A stretch of DNA of 61,015 nt from a virus (Duplodnaviria; Caudoviricetes), in the IMG/VR virus record IMGVR_UViG_3300023184_000131, positions 1-61,015 of that record; one strand, written 5' to 3'. Positions 60,664 to 61,015 of this stretch are shown in pieces. A model generated the notes under the pieces. It searched no databases. It saw only the letters and a list, made by a program, of their open reading frames with translations, and was not told the origin of the DNA. Each line of letters starts with the position of its first letter. Position 1 is the stretch's first letter. The translations under genes and the position numbers were made by a program.

Positions 60664-60686
60664 TAGTTTAGTTAATGTTTAATTAG

Positions 60687-60715
60687 AAACGGCACCTTAA
60701 CTGGTGCCGTTTTTT
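60687..60715 (+). terminator. Rho-independent terminator
   Basis: AAACGGCACC-TTAACT-GGTGCCGTTT followed by T run. Confidence 0.85.
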
Positions 60716-60733
60716 ATTCGGTACCAGCCAGCC

Positions 60734-60762
60734 TTGACGCTGCTGCCGTGCCGTGCTAAGTT
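60734..60762 (+). promoter_or_regulatory. sigma70-type promoter for primase
   Basis: TTGACG-17 nt-TAAGTT with extended TG; ATG lies 7 nt downstream. Confidence 0.6.
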
Positions 60763-60769
60763 GAGGGCA

Positions 60770-61015
60770 ATGTCAGATCAGAAAAAAGAACAGATCTTAA
60801 ATGAAATTCTTGGCACTCCCCATCATTCTGGCGGGGAGTTGCTTTTTTATTGCCCAAAATGTAAACATCATAAACCAAAGCTGTCCTGTAATCTCCGTAA
60901 AAACGTTTTTAAATGTTGGGTATGTAACTTTACGGGAACTTCTCTAACAAGGCTGGTGAAGCGTTATGGTTCGTTTAAACACAAACAAGAGTGGGCTATG
61001 TATGATGACAAAATT
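60770..61015 (+). CDS. DNA primase zinc-binding domain, 3'-truncated; not in ORF track
   Basis: MSDQKKEQILNEILG...FYCPKCKHHKPKLSCN...FKCWVC. Confidence 0.78.
   Translation, partial: MSDQKKEQILNEILGTPHHSGGELLFYCPKCKHHKPKLSCNLRKNVFKCWVCNFTGTSLTRLVKRYGSFKHKQEWAMYDDKI

Overview
This is an AT-rich segment of a large tailed (myovirus-like) bacteriophage genome, almost entirely coded on the + strand. Positions 1-8.1 kb hold a truncated DNA methyltransferase, four tRNAs (Ile-UAU, Asn-GUU, Arg-UCU, Leu-UAA) behind sigma70-type promoters, dCMP deaminase, a YkuK RNase H-like protein, a SPOUT RNA methyltransferase, an HNH endonuclease, a membrane-anchored trypsin-like protease, PIN-PhoH, a zinc peptidase and a Cas4-like nuclease. 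Positions 8.1-13.9 kb are a glycan-synthesis cluster (2 GT4, 2 GT2, RgpF-like, FkbM, cupin). A gp55-like phage sigma factor sits at 14.7 kb. Positions 15.8-59 kb are a baseplate, tail and fibre module (gp5-like, gp25, baseplate J, LamG and FG-GAP giants, mosaic fibres, S74 chaperone, twin glycine-rich proteins), followed by RuvC, an Ig-like protein and the start of a primase. No capsid, portal, terminase, sheath, CRISPR array or reverse transcriptase is visible. The most interesting candidates are: (1) a phage-encoded virion O-glycosylation system, pairing the GT cluster with selective [S/T]-[G/A/S]-S enrichment in exposed virion proteins; (2) a phage sigma factor with a recurring TANTTA promoter motif that apparently drives leaderless mRNAs; (3) a tRNA toolkit with an atypical Ile-UAU tRNA, a SPOUT methylase next to tRNA-Leu(UAA), and an HNH gene followed by a tRNA 3' remnant. 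All assignments come from reading motifs by eye; no searches were run.
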